From Phallusia mammillata (taxonomy: Eukaryota): a DNA stretch of 64,000 nucleotides. The notes below the pieces were generated by a model, which saw nothing but the letters and a program-made list of their open reading frames with translations, did not search any database and had not been told where the DNA came from. The translations under genes were made by a program, and so were the position numbers. The DNA is taken from contig OZ281494.1 in the NCBI GenBank assembly GCA_965637545.1, positions 5,146,001 to 5,210,000 of the forward strand. The letters are read 5' to 3'. Within the stretch, counting starts at the first letter, position 1. Each line of letters starts with the position of its first letter. Positions 1 to 11,484 of the stretch are shown here, piece by piece.

Positions 1-1954
1 CAGGTACGTGATCTTCGGTAATCATAGAGATGCGTGGGTTTTCGGAGCAATTGATCCCTCCAGTGGAACAGCAGTGATGTTGGAGATGACACGAGCTTTC
101 GGGAAGATGTTGAAGGAAGGATGGAGACCAAGAAGAACTCTGGTGTTTTGTAGTTGGGGAGCTGAAGAGTATGGACTGATTGGATCAACTGAATGGGTCG
201 AGGTGAGACAAAAACTCTCAATTTTGTGTCAATGCCTTCAATAAAAATCGGAGCTTCTTGTAACCAAAACCTTTTTTAAATCATATTTAGTTACTCGAAC
301 ACGACAAAATTCCTAGTTATTTTGTTTGCACTAAGATTTGAAATTAGATGCATGTAAAGTAATTTTTACAGTCTTTTCTGCTTTTATGAAGGAGATGCAG
401 AAGGTGCTACAAGCACGAGCAATCACATACATCAACGTGGACATTGCCGTAGTTGGAAACTTCTCCCTCCGGGCATCGGGTGTTGCCAGTTTACGTAATC
501 TCATCTTTGACGCGGCGAAAGTCGTTCCCAACCCGGATGAGGCAGAGATTGCGGCCGGTCGAAACACCGTTTACGATACCTGGGTTGACCGGGTCCCAAA
601 TCAAGACGGAACACACCCAAGGTCAAACCATGTTAAAATTCATGGGCGTACCATGTAGATTTAAACTGTTAAAAAAATCCACTACTACCAACACGTTTTT
701 AACAAGTTGTTGTAACACTCATTGTACGCTGTGACATTTCGAAACAAGCCTGTTTGAATATTGCAAACTGTTTAGTATGCTTGGAAAAATACATACACTC
801 TGTGTGCAACGTATATCTTTATCTGATAGGTTTGATTCGTTGGGATCGGGTAGCGACTTTACAGCATTCATTCAAGCCATTGGGATTTCGGCACTGGACT
901 TATACCACGATTACGACGGGGTTTGTGAAGCACATATGCATATAAAACAATACTTAAAAGTATTAAAAACTTTATCAAACACAACTTTGCTTTGTCCAGA
1001 GCATCGGTCTAGCTTCGTATCCAGTCTACCACTCCGTTTATGAAACGTTCAGCCTAGTTACAAATTTTGTCGATCCTGATTTCCACTGCCACCTAGCGAT
1101 GGCTCGAATTTGGGCAGAAACTGGAAGAAGGCTGGCAGAATCAACTATTTTACCAATTGATGCTACGCTTTATGCTGAAGACCTCAAAGAAAAGTTCGAC
1201 TCCTTAAAAACTTATTACGGTGTGTCAATGGAAAATCAAGCCATTGATTTAGGTAGGAGGTTCAAAAAGTTAGAAAAACATTTTTTAATATTATTTTCCC
1301 TATATCAAAACTTGTTTTCTAGTTGCCAAATAATTTTCGCTTTTGTCCAACCGAGTTGCCTCTACGTTGGCTTAGTCACCTCTTACGAGAAGCAACACTT
1401 AGCTCTCTATTTCATAAAATATAAGTCAACGTGTTTAAGTACTTTTACAGGTCAGTTGGAAAAAGCCATTGCACAATTCACTTCATCAGCAAATGAACTA
1501 CACACAAGAATCAACAACCTAGATAAAACAGAGTAAGCTAAATGTGCTGGTCTTTGCTGCGGTATTCTATGTTACGTTGTCTTCCATTTCAGCACTGTAG
1601 CAGTGAGAGTAGTAAACGATCAACTGATGCAACTGGAACGAGCTTTCATTGATCAAAATCCATTACCTGGAAGAACTTCTTACAGGTGAAAAACCTAATT
1701 GGTTCAAACACAACCTTGCTAAGATTGGAACTCTCAACCCTTATACTTTGTTTGGTCATTTCAGACACGTTATATCAGCACCCAGTCAGCACAACACTTA
1801 CGGCAACACAGCTTTTCCTGGAATCGTGGACGCCATGTTTGATATTGACGATGGTGACACAGAAGCATGGGACGAAGTGAAAAGACAATATTCGATCGTT
1901 GTGTTTCATGTCCTTTCTGCTGCTACAACTCTTAAACCAGTTGTACCCGTTTGA
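1..1954 (+). CDS. Glutamate carboxypeptidase II / NAALADase-like peptidase (M28B), copy A, 3' part (exons 7-13); 5' part lies before the window
   Basis: Exons <1-202, 392-621, 830-920, 1000-1252, 1451-1532, 1593-1685, 1765-1954 have GT-AG ends and lengths matching copy D, so the frame is intact. Zn/catalytic motifs GNHRD, AIDP, WGAEE, YINVD and YPVYHS are present. Confidence 0.93.
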
Positions 1955-4900
1955 AAACCAAATCTTTTGTCAGTTATAACAAATGCAGTTGTTTGTTATA
2001 GTAGTTTCATTTTAAAAATAATTTTGCTATTGTAGATACTTGGTAAGTGCAATTGGGCTGAACTAAATAAATTAGTTTTTTCTTGCGTTATCATTTGTAT
2101 ATTTCATTCGTACATGCAGACGTGTAAATACCAATCGAGAGACTTCTGTGTTTGTTACACCCAGTTGCTGATGTATATTAATTAGGCAATACAACTGAGT
2201 AGACAGAAAAAATTATGTGCAGTTAGAAAAGCAAACAGAGACGGAGCGAATTTGATCTTTTTTTTCGTCCAACATAAACAATTTGCTAAAATGTTAACAC
2301 CGACTACTTCCAACATAAAATCCTAAGTTAATAAACTGGTCCCGGTAAAGCTATGACGTCATCGGAATTGGCTATTACGTGGAACGTTTAAAAATCAAGT
2401 TCTTAAGGTACAAAGAAATGAATCATGACATGAATTGGAACTAATTAATGTCAGCTAAGATCATTTCGAAGCATGGCAATGTTCAAACACAATTTTACAC
2501 ATTCTTCATGTTCCTTTGATATGATTTACAAATTAATAAGTTTTTGTTTTTTGGCTTACATAAAATTGTTAATTCGAATGTTGCAGAGTGTCTATGTTAG
2601 GATACAATTTGCCCAAAAGTGCATATCATCTTCAGTTGATCATCAAACCAACAATCCGCACACGATGACTTGCAAATCGTTGCGCAAAATTGTGCAATGA
2701 ACGCGGGTTTAAGAGTTTCAAAATCGTTAAAAGCTGAAAAAAGAAATTTTTGATCGCAAAATGTTGGTTAAAGTGTAACCAGAAATTCAATTATTTTGAC
2801 TTTTTACAGCAAGCGGCTAAGAAACGTTTGTCTGGTCCTCTCATTCATGCAGGGAATCAATGTTTGTTGAAGCAAAGTTATGGTCCCAGGAGATTTTAGT
2901 GTAGAGCGTACAGTCGCATGTCTAGACATTGGTAGACATAAAATTCATTTCCGCTTGTTGTACACTAATTGCAAAGCGCATGTGCCAGTATTTAAACTTG
3001 TTCGCTTTCAATTGTTGCCTACAAAAAACAGGCCAGTCAGCTACGGTGCGTGTCTGAAATGCATGTTGGTTGTCCCAGTTTTAGATCAGGTACTTTATTG
3101 CATTGTTAGAAAATATGTGGTTTAGTCAGTTAGTTGCGTATATATAAATACGTATTTCTAATATAGGTTGAATTAAACTAAGCAAAGATTAAATTTATCC
3201 AAACTGATTATTATTTTGATTTAAAAGGCAGTATCGAGCAATGTTTTATTAACAAAACAATGAGTTAAAAAGTGGTGAAAATGACGAAATCTGTTTGAAA
3301 ACGTTCCAATAGCAGATGGCTGATCATAAGTTGCATTTTCCCACTTTCCTGCCTGTTTCAGAAGTTGTGACTTCCATAGAATACTAAATCTATTTCGGTC
3401 TGAGAAAAAATTTACATTGTTCAAGAAGCCATTAAAACGATAAATGTAACCAAATTAGACTCTGATCTAAGATCTAAAAAACAGTTCATTGCATTCCTGC
3501 AGCAGACAGTGAAAATTATTAAGTAGCATTGACAATGAAATCTAAGGTGGTTGTTTTGTCTCTGATAACAGCTGCAGTTGGTATCGGTATCGGTGTTATT
3601 ATCGGTTACTTCAGTCATCCAGCTGAAAGAGCGCCATCATTCGGTTGTCAGCAACCGGAGGAAGATGCTTCGATACAGAAGAGACTCATGGATGAGATGA
3701 AGAGTGAAAATGTACGAGAAAATCTTCGGTATGTACGTTTTGTGATAAATATGATTATCATGTTATAACCAAGTGGTTCTCAACATTAAATAATTTGTGC
3801 ACCCTTAAAATATCCCCTTCAAATCCATAGCCCTGGGTTCATTAACAAAAATGTAGAATTCTAAGAATTAAGTAAAAAAAAAGAATGGATTACAAAGGAC
3901 AATGACCCACTTAACTTGCACTATAGAATACTCAAAGTAGTCATTCTGGACACCTAAGTTTGCATGTTTCTTTACTGCTTTTTATCGGTGGGTGTCACTA
4001 ATGAGGGCCTATCATTTGGCCAAAAGATATCTCGAAGCCCCTAAGAGCCTATAAGTTCGAGATATCTCTTTAATTTGTACATATTTTCGTTGCACAAAAT
4101 GCAAATGAGAAATAAGACATAGGCAAATTAAAAAACCAACACAGTTTAACACAGAATCCTGACGAAACGACCCCACATTGCTGGTCGTGACGTAGATGAA
4201 GTGGATCTGGTAAATTTGATCATGTTATTGAAGTGAAATATGTAGCTCTTTCAGCAGTTTTAATGATTAAGGGGTCTGGTATGGGACGGCAAAACATTGA
4301 CTTGCTATTATATAAACTGCACGAAGAGCTATATATGCATTAAGGTGAAACATATCCGCCTGTTTCTAATGTGTTGGTTAGTGTAATGCCTAGAAATGTC
4401 AATCAAACGTAGAAAGGAGGTAACTTTCTGCACTTGTTCATCACAGCATGATGAAGATGTCTGTGAACACTGAGAACGAAGTGGCTAAGATTCATAACGT
4501 CATCGGGTATATTCGTGGAAGCTACGAACCAGGTATTTAACCAAGTTGCCACGGTCTGTAAATAGTTCGGTTTTGAGTAAGATAACTTTACTCATTGTTG
4601 CAGATCGCTATCGCTATCTTCGGTAACCATAGAGACGCGTGGGTTTTCGGAGCAATTGATCCCTCTAGTGGAACAGCAGTGATGTTGGAGATGACCAGAG
4701 CTTTCGGGAAGATGTTGAAGGAAGGATGGAGACCGAGAAGAACTCTGGTGTTTTGTAGTTGGGGAGCTGAAGAGTATGGACTGATTGGATCAACTGAATG
4801 GGTTGAGGTGAGGCAAAATTATTCTTGCTTAAACAACGGAGAAATTTTTTGCTGCAGCTTTCTCAACCACACATAAGTTATATGTGACACAGTGTGTGTT

Positions 4901-5870
4901 TGCAATATTATTTTTAAAGCTTATAAATATACACGACACCAGTCAAGCGCACATTAGATCTAACGCCAAGTCGTGTTTGTGGCCACACTCACATTTCTTA
5001 TTCGATTTTCTATTTTTGCACTTATATACAGGAAACGCAGAAAGAGCTACAAGCCAGGGCAATCACCTACATCAACGTGGACGCCCCAATACGTGGAAAC
5101 TTTTCGTTTAATGGCGCAGGCGTTCCGAGTTTGCGTAACCTTATATTTGATGTTGCAAAAGTCGTTCCAAATCCGGATAAGGAAGAAGTTGCTGCTGGCC
5201 GGAAAACGGTTTACGATACCTGGGTGAACCGGGTTCCAAATCAAGATAGAACAAACCCGAGGTTTGCGTGCCAATTTACAAACCAATATCTTTATTATTT
5301 ACCATCAACACGTTACAGCTGCAATTTTAAGTTACGTTCGGATCTTTGTTGCATTAAATAACTAGCAGAGACTTTGCCTAACACCACATTTTTATAAAGG
5401 GACAAGACTTTTTTTGCTTTTTGTTAATATGCACCGGTGCAAATATCCTTTCAGCAGCTTTTTTATTGGTCACACGGAAAGCAAAAGCAAAAAGCACAAT
5501 TTTACGATAATACAAAATACAACTGTGCATTTGGGTACTCTAGTCTAAAGCCTTCGTGTCTTAATGTCATTGATTTTCTGCATAGATTCGATTCATTGGG
5601 TTCTGGAAGTGATTTTACAACATTCCTTCAAGCCATCGGTGTTTCAGCCTTGTGGCTGCATAACATTAACGACCCAGTAAGTAAATCTTGCGGCAAACTT
5701 GGTTTGAAAAGAAGTGTACCAGTTGAAGCAAGCATTTTAGTGATGGATGAACTTTGCACTTGCATAATAGCTTTTGTACACTAGTTTTTTTTTAATTGTA
5801 CATTTCAAAATATTACATCTTAAAAAAATATTTACCACCATATGGCAAGGCGTAGGCTAGAAAAATCTAG

Positions 5871-5943
5871 CCTGTGGTGGGATTCGAACCCACGCCAAGA
5901 GTCTTTCCGGGACTCGCGCTCTACCAACTGAGCTCCGCAGGGT
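5871..5943 (-). mobile_element. tRNA-derived element (SINE head or tRNA pseudogene) in intron 9 of copy B; mirrored at about 12664-12736 (+)
   Basis: A box AGCTCAGTTGGTAGAGCG and B box GGGTTCGAATCCC, cloverleaf-like fold, followed by TTTTT. It lacks U8 and U33, so it is not called a functional tRNA. Confidence 0.75.
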
Positions 5944-6045
5944 CAGTGAAACATGCGCCAAAAGTCAAATCACAAGCACCGTTGCTTGTCTCGTATGCTG
6001 CACATGTCGACTTCGTAATGGGGGATCGCCAGATTGACTAGTATC

Positions 6046-6198
6046 AGTTAAGATGAACATAAATACATAACTGGGATCAGCCCTGAACCGTCAATGCAGA
6101 CCAGCAATCACGGTACACACATTTTTTAATCACAGTACGCCAGGCCCATTAAAGGCTTCAGGGCTGATCTCAGTTATGTATTCATGTTCATCTTAACT
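6046..6198. mobile_element. Small foldback MITE with about 40-bp imperfect TIRs bounded by TTAA; mirrored at about 12409-12561
   Basis: AGTTAAGATGAACATAAATACATAACTGGGATCAGCCCTGAA ... TTCAGGGCTGATCTCAGTTATGTATTCATGTTCATCTTAACT. Confidence 0.7.
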
Positions 6199-7774
6199 AC
6201 TACCAGAAGTAGTATATCAACATGTTGCATTCTTTTGATAGCTGATTTTGTTGCTTTTAATAGAGCAGCAGAATTTTCCCCTATCCTGTCTACCACTCGG
6301 TGTACGAAACATTCAACTACGTAACAAAGTTTGTTGATCCTAATTACTCGTGGGGACAGGCGATGGCAAGATTGTGGGCAGAAACTGGAAGACGATTGGC
6401 GGAATCGACCATTTTGCCATTTGATGCCACATCTTATGGCGACGACCTGAAAGATAAGTTTGATGCTTTGAAAACCAATTATGGAGCATCTATGCAAAAC
6501 CATGAGATTGATTTAGGTAAAACATCGGTTACCCCAACGACACTAATTCGAAACGAGAACATCTACTCTCAATAGGTCTTGCATTAATATAAGATACAAA
6601 AATTTTTTAATTTCAACAGCTCAGTTGGAAAACGCCATTGAACGATTCTCCTTATCGGCAAAAGAATTACACACAAGAATCGACAATCTGGATAAAATCG
6701 AGTAAGCTAATGTGGGGAACGCCAAATGTTGTGTCTACACGCAAATTTTTTTTCTTGTTTAGCTTTGCAGCAGTGAGAGTAGTAAACGATCAACTGATGC
6801 AACTGGAAAGAGCTTTCATTGATCAGAATCCATTACCTGGAAGAACTGCTTACAGGTAAAACTTACTGGTTGTAAAAATACCACCTCAGGCAATTCAGTA
6901 GCCTTGACAGAAATATGTTTTGCTGTATTTCAGACACGTTATACCAGCGCCCAGTCAACATGACACTTACGGCAACACAGCTTTTCCTGGAATCGTGGAC
7001 GCCATGTTTGATATTGACGATGGTGACACAGAAGCATGGGATAAAGTAAAAAGACAATACTCGATCGTTGTGTTTCATGTCCTTCTGCTGCTACAACTCT
7101 TCAACCAGTTGTACCGGTTTAAATACAGAATGTGTATAATTTAAATTTAATACTAACATTGAAATTATAGATAGTTGTATGGAAAAACAGTTTTCGTATT
7201 GTAGTTTAATCAACTTTATCGGTACTTTAGGCTGTAATTACGTTTTTACACACTTGCGTCTGAAAAAAATCACAGTAATCAATGCATATTCTTAATAGAT
7301 TGTTTTTGTATCATAACGAATTTTGTTCATCATGTTATTATTGTTTATGGATGTTGGTCGTTACATTTTGTGGGGACCCACTATCCATGTGTTAATGATG
7401 TTTAATGCAAACAAGAATATAGTGTCAAAAATAAAACGGTTGGTGTCTGAAAGTTTGTGTAAGAAAGATAGGTAGGGATCGAAGCAAGAAATAAACTAAA
7501 AGCAAAAAAACGCAATAGTAAAGTAAGCTTGCCAATCTTAGCATGTCGACTTCGGTCAGGGTGCAGTAAAAATAAACAAAGGTAGACCCCAGCCAGGCTA
7601 GAATCTGGATTAAAGTTAGAGCAAAAGAGAAATTTACTTGCTCCCAGCACGAAAACATAAGCAAACGTTTGAACACACAACCAGAATACAAAGCATACAG
7701 ACGATTGGCTGCCTAAACACCATTAACTGCTTTGGTTGGATTGGTTTTATGATGCCACAACTTAAACGAGCTTT

Positions 7775-9172
7775 ACGAATACTTGCATGACTGTATTCGA
7801 ATTCATGAATACTTTGGTAATTTTTGAGTGACAGCAATTCGAATGGTATTCGAATTAAACGAGTCAAGTATTTGTATTCATGAATTGTTGACCAAACTAC
7901 AACGACAAGTAATTCGAATACTATTCGAATAAACGAAGGCATGTATTCGTGTTCATGAATTCTACGCACTTTTTAAAGTTCGGCAATTCGAATTGTATTC
8001 GAATAATGCGAGTCAAATATTCGTATTCACGAATTGTTTCGTAATGTTAAGGTGGCAGCAATTCGAATTGTATTCGAATAAAACCTGTCAAGTATTAGTA
8101 TTCATGAATAGTTGATCAAAAAACAACGACGTGTAATTCGAATACTATTCGAATAAACCCCAAGCGTGTATTCGTATTCATGAATACTTCGTACTTTTGG
8201 AGATGTAGCAATTCGAATTGTATTCGAATTTATAGTTCTAGTTATTTGTATTCACGAATTGTTCAGTTGTTGTAAGAAGCAAACAATTCGAATAGCATTC
8301 GAATGCACCGATTCGGATATTTGCAGTTGCGGAAAATAAAAGAAATAAAAGCGCCCTGAAACTTAAAAGGTATTCGATCAAAAAGTAACATGGGTTTATG
8401 AATTGCAAATTTATTGGTAAAAATGTAAACCAACGAGCATTGAATTGCCACATTAGCTTGACTGACTTAAATCTCCGTTTATAAATTTCCCCAAATTTAC
8501 ATGAGGTGTTTGCTTCATGAACACGCCACACCTGTCATGTGCTGAAAACAACTTAATGTTGCAAGCTTTGTAACACAATTCCATTTATGTAACGTCACAA
8601 TTTAACTTCTGTGTGTCATTGTTTCGCAACATAAACAAAAACTTGTCAAATCAGGTCACATTCTCTGCCAATTTAAATTGTATTCGAATCTATTTGGCAA
8701 AAATATGTAGCAAAATATTCTCGACTACTCCTAGTCTGGAGGTAATCGACAATTCGAATTGTATTCGTAAAAATGTAGTCATGTATTCGATTTTATGTAT
8801 CTTACGTTGCCAAAGGCTGAAAACAATTCGAATTGTATTCGTAAAAATATAGTCATGTATTCGATTTTATGTATCTTACGTTGCCAATGGCTGACAACAA
8901 TTCGAATTGTATTCGTAAAAAATATCGTGTATTCGAATTTGGAAGTTCGTAGGTTGGCAAAAACCTACAACAATTCGAATTGTATTCGAATTAATTTACT
9001 CAAGCTTTTGTATTCATGAATTGTTGGTTCAAAAGATAACATCAACTATTCGAATTGTATTCATGCACTATCGAACGAAAGCCAAAATCATTCGAATACA
9101 GCACGAAGGTGGCAAAACATATATTCGAATGCATTCGAATACGAATGACAAATACGAATTCCCCCATGTCTG
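7775..9172. repeat. Degenerate 74-75 bp tandem array with palindromic AATTCGAATTGTATTCG cores; probably the internal repeats of a non-autonomous DNA transposon lacking its left end
   Basis: Cores at 7836, 7911, 7985, 8060, 8135, 8210, 8285 and about 8676, 8751, 8825, 8899, 8972, 9047. The right end reads CAGACATGGGGGAATTCGTATT on the minus strand from 9172, resembling a TIR. Confidence 0.8.
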
Positions 9173-9395
9173 GTCATAATACCTGATACTGACTAACTCT
9201 CAGGCACAATGAACTTTGGGCTTTCGCAACACTCTTTGTCTCGTTGCAGTGCTTTCACATGCATGCCATATCACTAAGTCTACAAACATCTGACGTACCC
9301 CAATTCATCTTACTTTAATGTCCGTTGAATGTTTGCTAAGCCCGCTTGTGTAAACGTATGTGCGCTGGTTTTAAAGCAAACGAAAAAGCTCGTTT

Positions 9396-9595
9396 NNNNN
9401 NNNNNNNNNNNNNNNNNNNNNNNNNNNNNNNNNNNNNNNNNNNNNNNNNNNNNNNNNNNNNNNNNNNNNNNNNNNNNNNNNNNNNNNNNNNNNNNNNNNN
9501 NNNNNNNNNNNNNNNNNNNNNNNNNNNNNNNNNNNNNNNNNNNNNNNNNNNNNNNNNNNNNNNNNNNNNNNNNNNNNNNNNNNNNNNNNNNNNNN
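9396..9595. other. Scaffold gap (200 N) flanked by a 1248-bp direct duplicate (8148-9395 = 9596-10843)
   Basis: Run of N. Identical ORFs recur at an offset of 1448 on either side. Confidence 0.97.
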
Positions 9596-11484
9596 TTCGA
9601 ATAAACCCCAAGCGTGTATTCGTATTCATGAATACTTCGTACTTTTGGAGATGTAGCAATTCGAATTGTATTCGAATTTATAGTTCTAGTTATTTGTATT
9701 CACGAATTGTTCAGTTGTTGTAAGAAGCAAACAATTCGAATAGCATTCGAATGCACCGATTCGGATATTTGCAGTTGCGGAAAATAAAAGAAATAAAAGC
9801 GCCCTGAAACTTAAAAGGTATTCGATCAAAAAGTAACATGGGTTTATGAATTGCAAATTTATTGGTAAAAATGTAAACCAACGAGCATTGAATTGCCACA
9901 TTAGCTTGACTGACTTAAATCTCCGTTTATAAATTTCCCCAAATTTACATGAGGTGTTTGCTTCATGAACACGCCACACCTGTCATGTGCTGAAAACAAC
10001 TTAATGTTGCAAGCTTTGTAACACAATTCCATTTATGTAACGTCACAATTTAACTTCTGTGTGTCATTGTTTCGCAACATAAACAAAAACTTGTCAAATC
10101 AGGTCACATTCTCTGCCAATTTAAATTGTATTCGAATCTATTTGGCAAAAATATGTAGCAAAATATTCTCGACTACTCCTAGTCTGGAGGTAATCGACAA
10201 TTCGAATTGTATTCGTAAAAATGTAGTCATGTATTCGATTTTATGTATCTTACGTTGCCAAAGGCTGAAAACAATTCGAATTGTATTCGTAAAAATATAG
10301 TCATGTATTCGATTTTATGTATCTTACGTTGCCAATGGCTGACAACAATTCGAATTGTATTCGTAAAAAATATCGTGTATTCGAATTTGGAAGTTCGTAG
10401 GTTGGCAAAAACCTACAACAATTCGAATTGTATTCGAATTAATTTACTCAAGCTTTTGTATTCATGAATTGTTGGTTCAAAAGATAACATCAACTATTCG
10501 AATTGTATTCATGCACTATCGAACGAAAGCCAAAATCATTCGAATACAGCACGAAGGTGGCAAAACATATATTCGAATGCATTCGAATACGAATGACAAA
10601 TACGAATTCCCCCATGTCTGGTCATAATACCTGATACTGACTAACTCTCAGGCACAATGAACTTTGGGCTTTCGCAACACTCTTTGTCTCGTTGCAGTGC
10701 TTTCACATGCATGCCATATCACTAAGTCTACAAACATCTGACGTACCCCAATTCATCTTACTTTAATGTCCGTTGAATGTTTGCTAAGCCCGCTTGTGTA
10801 AACGTATGTGCGCTGGTTTTAAAGCAAACGAAAAAGCTCGTTTAAGTTGTGGCATCATAAAACCAATCCAACCAAAGCAGTTAATGGTGTTTAGGCAGCC
10901 AATCGTCTGTATGCTTTGTATTCTGGTTGTGTGTTCAAACGTTTGCTTATGTTTTCGTGCTGGGAGCAAGTAAATTTCTCTTTTGCTCTAACTTTAATCC
11001 AGATTCTAGCCTGGCTGGGGTCTACCTTTGTTTATTTTTACTGCACCCTGACCGAAGTCGACATGCTAAGATTGGCAAGCTTACTTTACTATTGCGTTTT
11101 TTTGCTTTTAGTTTATTTCTTGCTTCGATCCCTACCTATCTTTCTTACACAAACTTTCAGACACCAACCGTTTTATTTTTGACACTATATTCTTGTTTGC
11201 ATTAAACATCATTAACACATGGATAGTGGGTCCCCACAAAATGTAACGACCAACATCCATAAACAATAATAACATGATGAACAAAATTCGTTATGATACA
11301 AAAACAATCTATTAAGAATATGCATTGATTACTGTGATTTTTTTCAGACGCAAGTGTGTAAAAACGTAATTAGAGCCTAAAGTACCGATAAAGTTGATTA
11401 AACTACAATACGAAAACTGTTTTTCCATACAACTATCTATAATTTCAATGTTAGTATTAAATTTAAATTATACACATTCTGTAT

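Larger units (their letters stand above)
3535..7122 (+). pseudogene. GCPII/NAALADase-like copy B, pseudogene
   Basis: ATG at 3535 begins a transmembrane exon (3535-3728). Exon 2 homology stops near 4222 and exons 3-5 are absent. Exon 6 is 4447-4532. Exon 7 (4604-4807) is 204 nt rather than 203 (ATCGCTATCGCTATCTTC, +1 frameshift into TAA). Then 5032-5261, 5586-5676, 6264-6516, 6620-6701, 6763-6855. The last exon (6934-7122) is 189 nt rather than 190 (-1 frameshift). Confidence 0.88.
4352..7774 (+). repeat. Left arm of a 3.4 kb near-perfect inverted duplication
   Basis: Reverse complement of 10833-14255. Mirrored ORF coordinates all sum to 18607. Only one mismatch was noticed by eye (ggctGtaatt near 7234 vs ggctCtaatt). 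Confidence 0.95.

Noticed and set aside
4200-4450. In-frame rescue of copy B via cryptic donor GATCTG|GTAAAT spliced to exon 6
   Set aside because: A phase 0 donor onto a phase 2 exon gives a stop (CAC TGA), and the exon 7 frameshift would still terminate it.
7775-9172. CRISPR-like appearance (conserved repeats with variable spacers)
   Set aside because: The context is eukaryotic and intron-rich, there are no cas genes, the repeats are degenerate, and the spacers are related to each other (three-unit higher-order repeat).
8148-10843. 1248-bp exact direct repeat on both sides of the N gap
   Set aside because: It ends and starts exactly at the gap edges, the signature of an unmerged contig overlap rather than a real tandem duplication.
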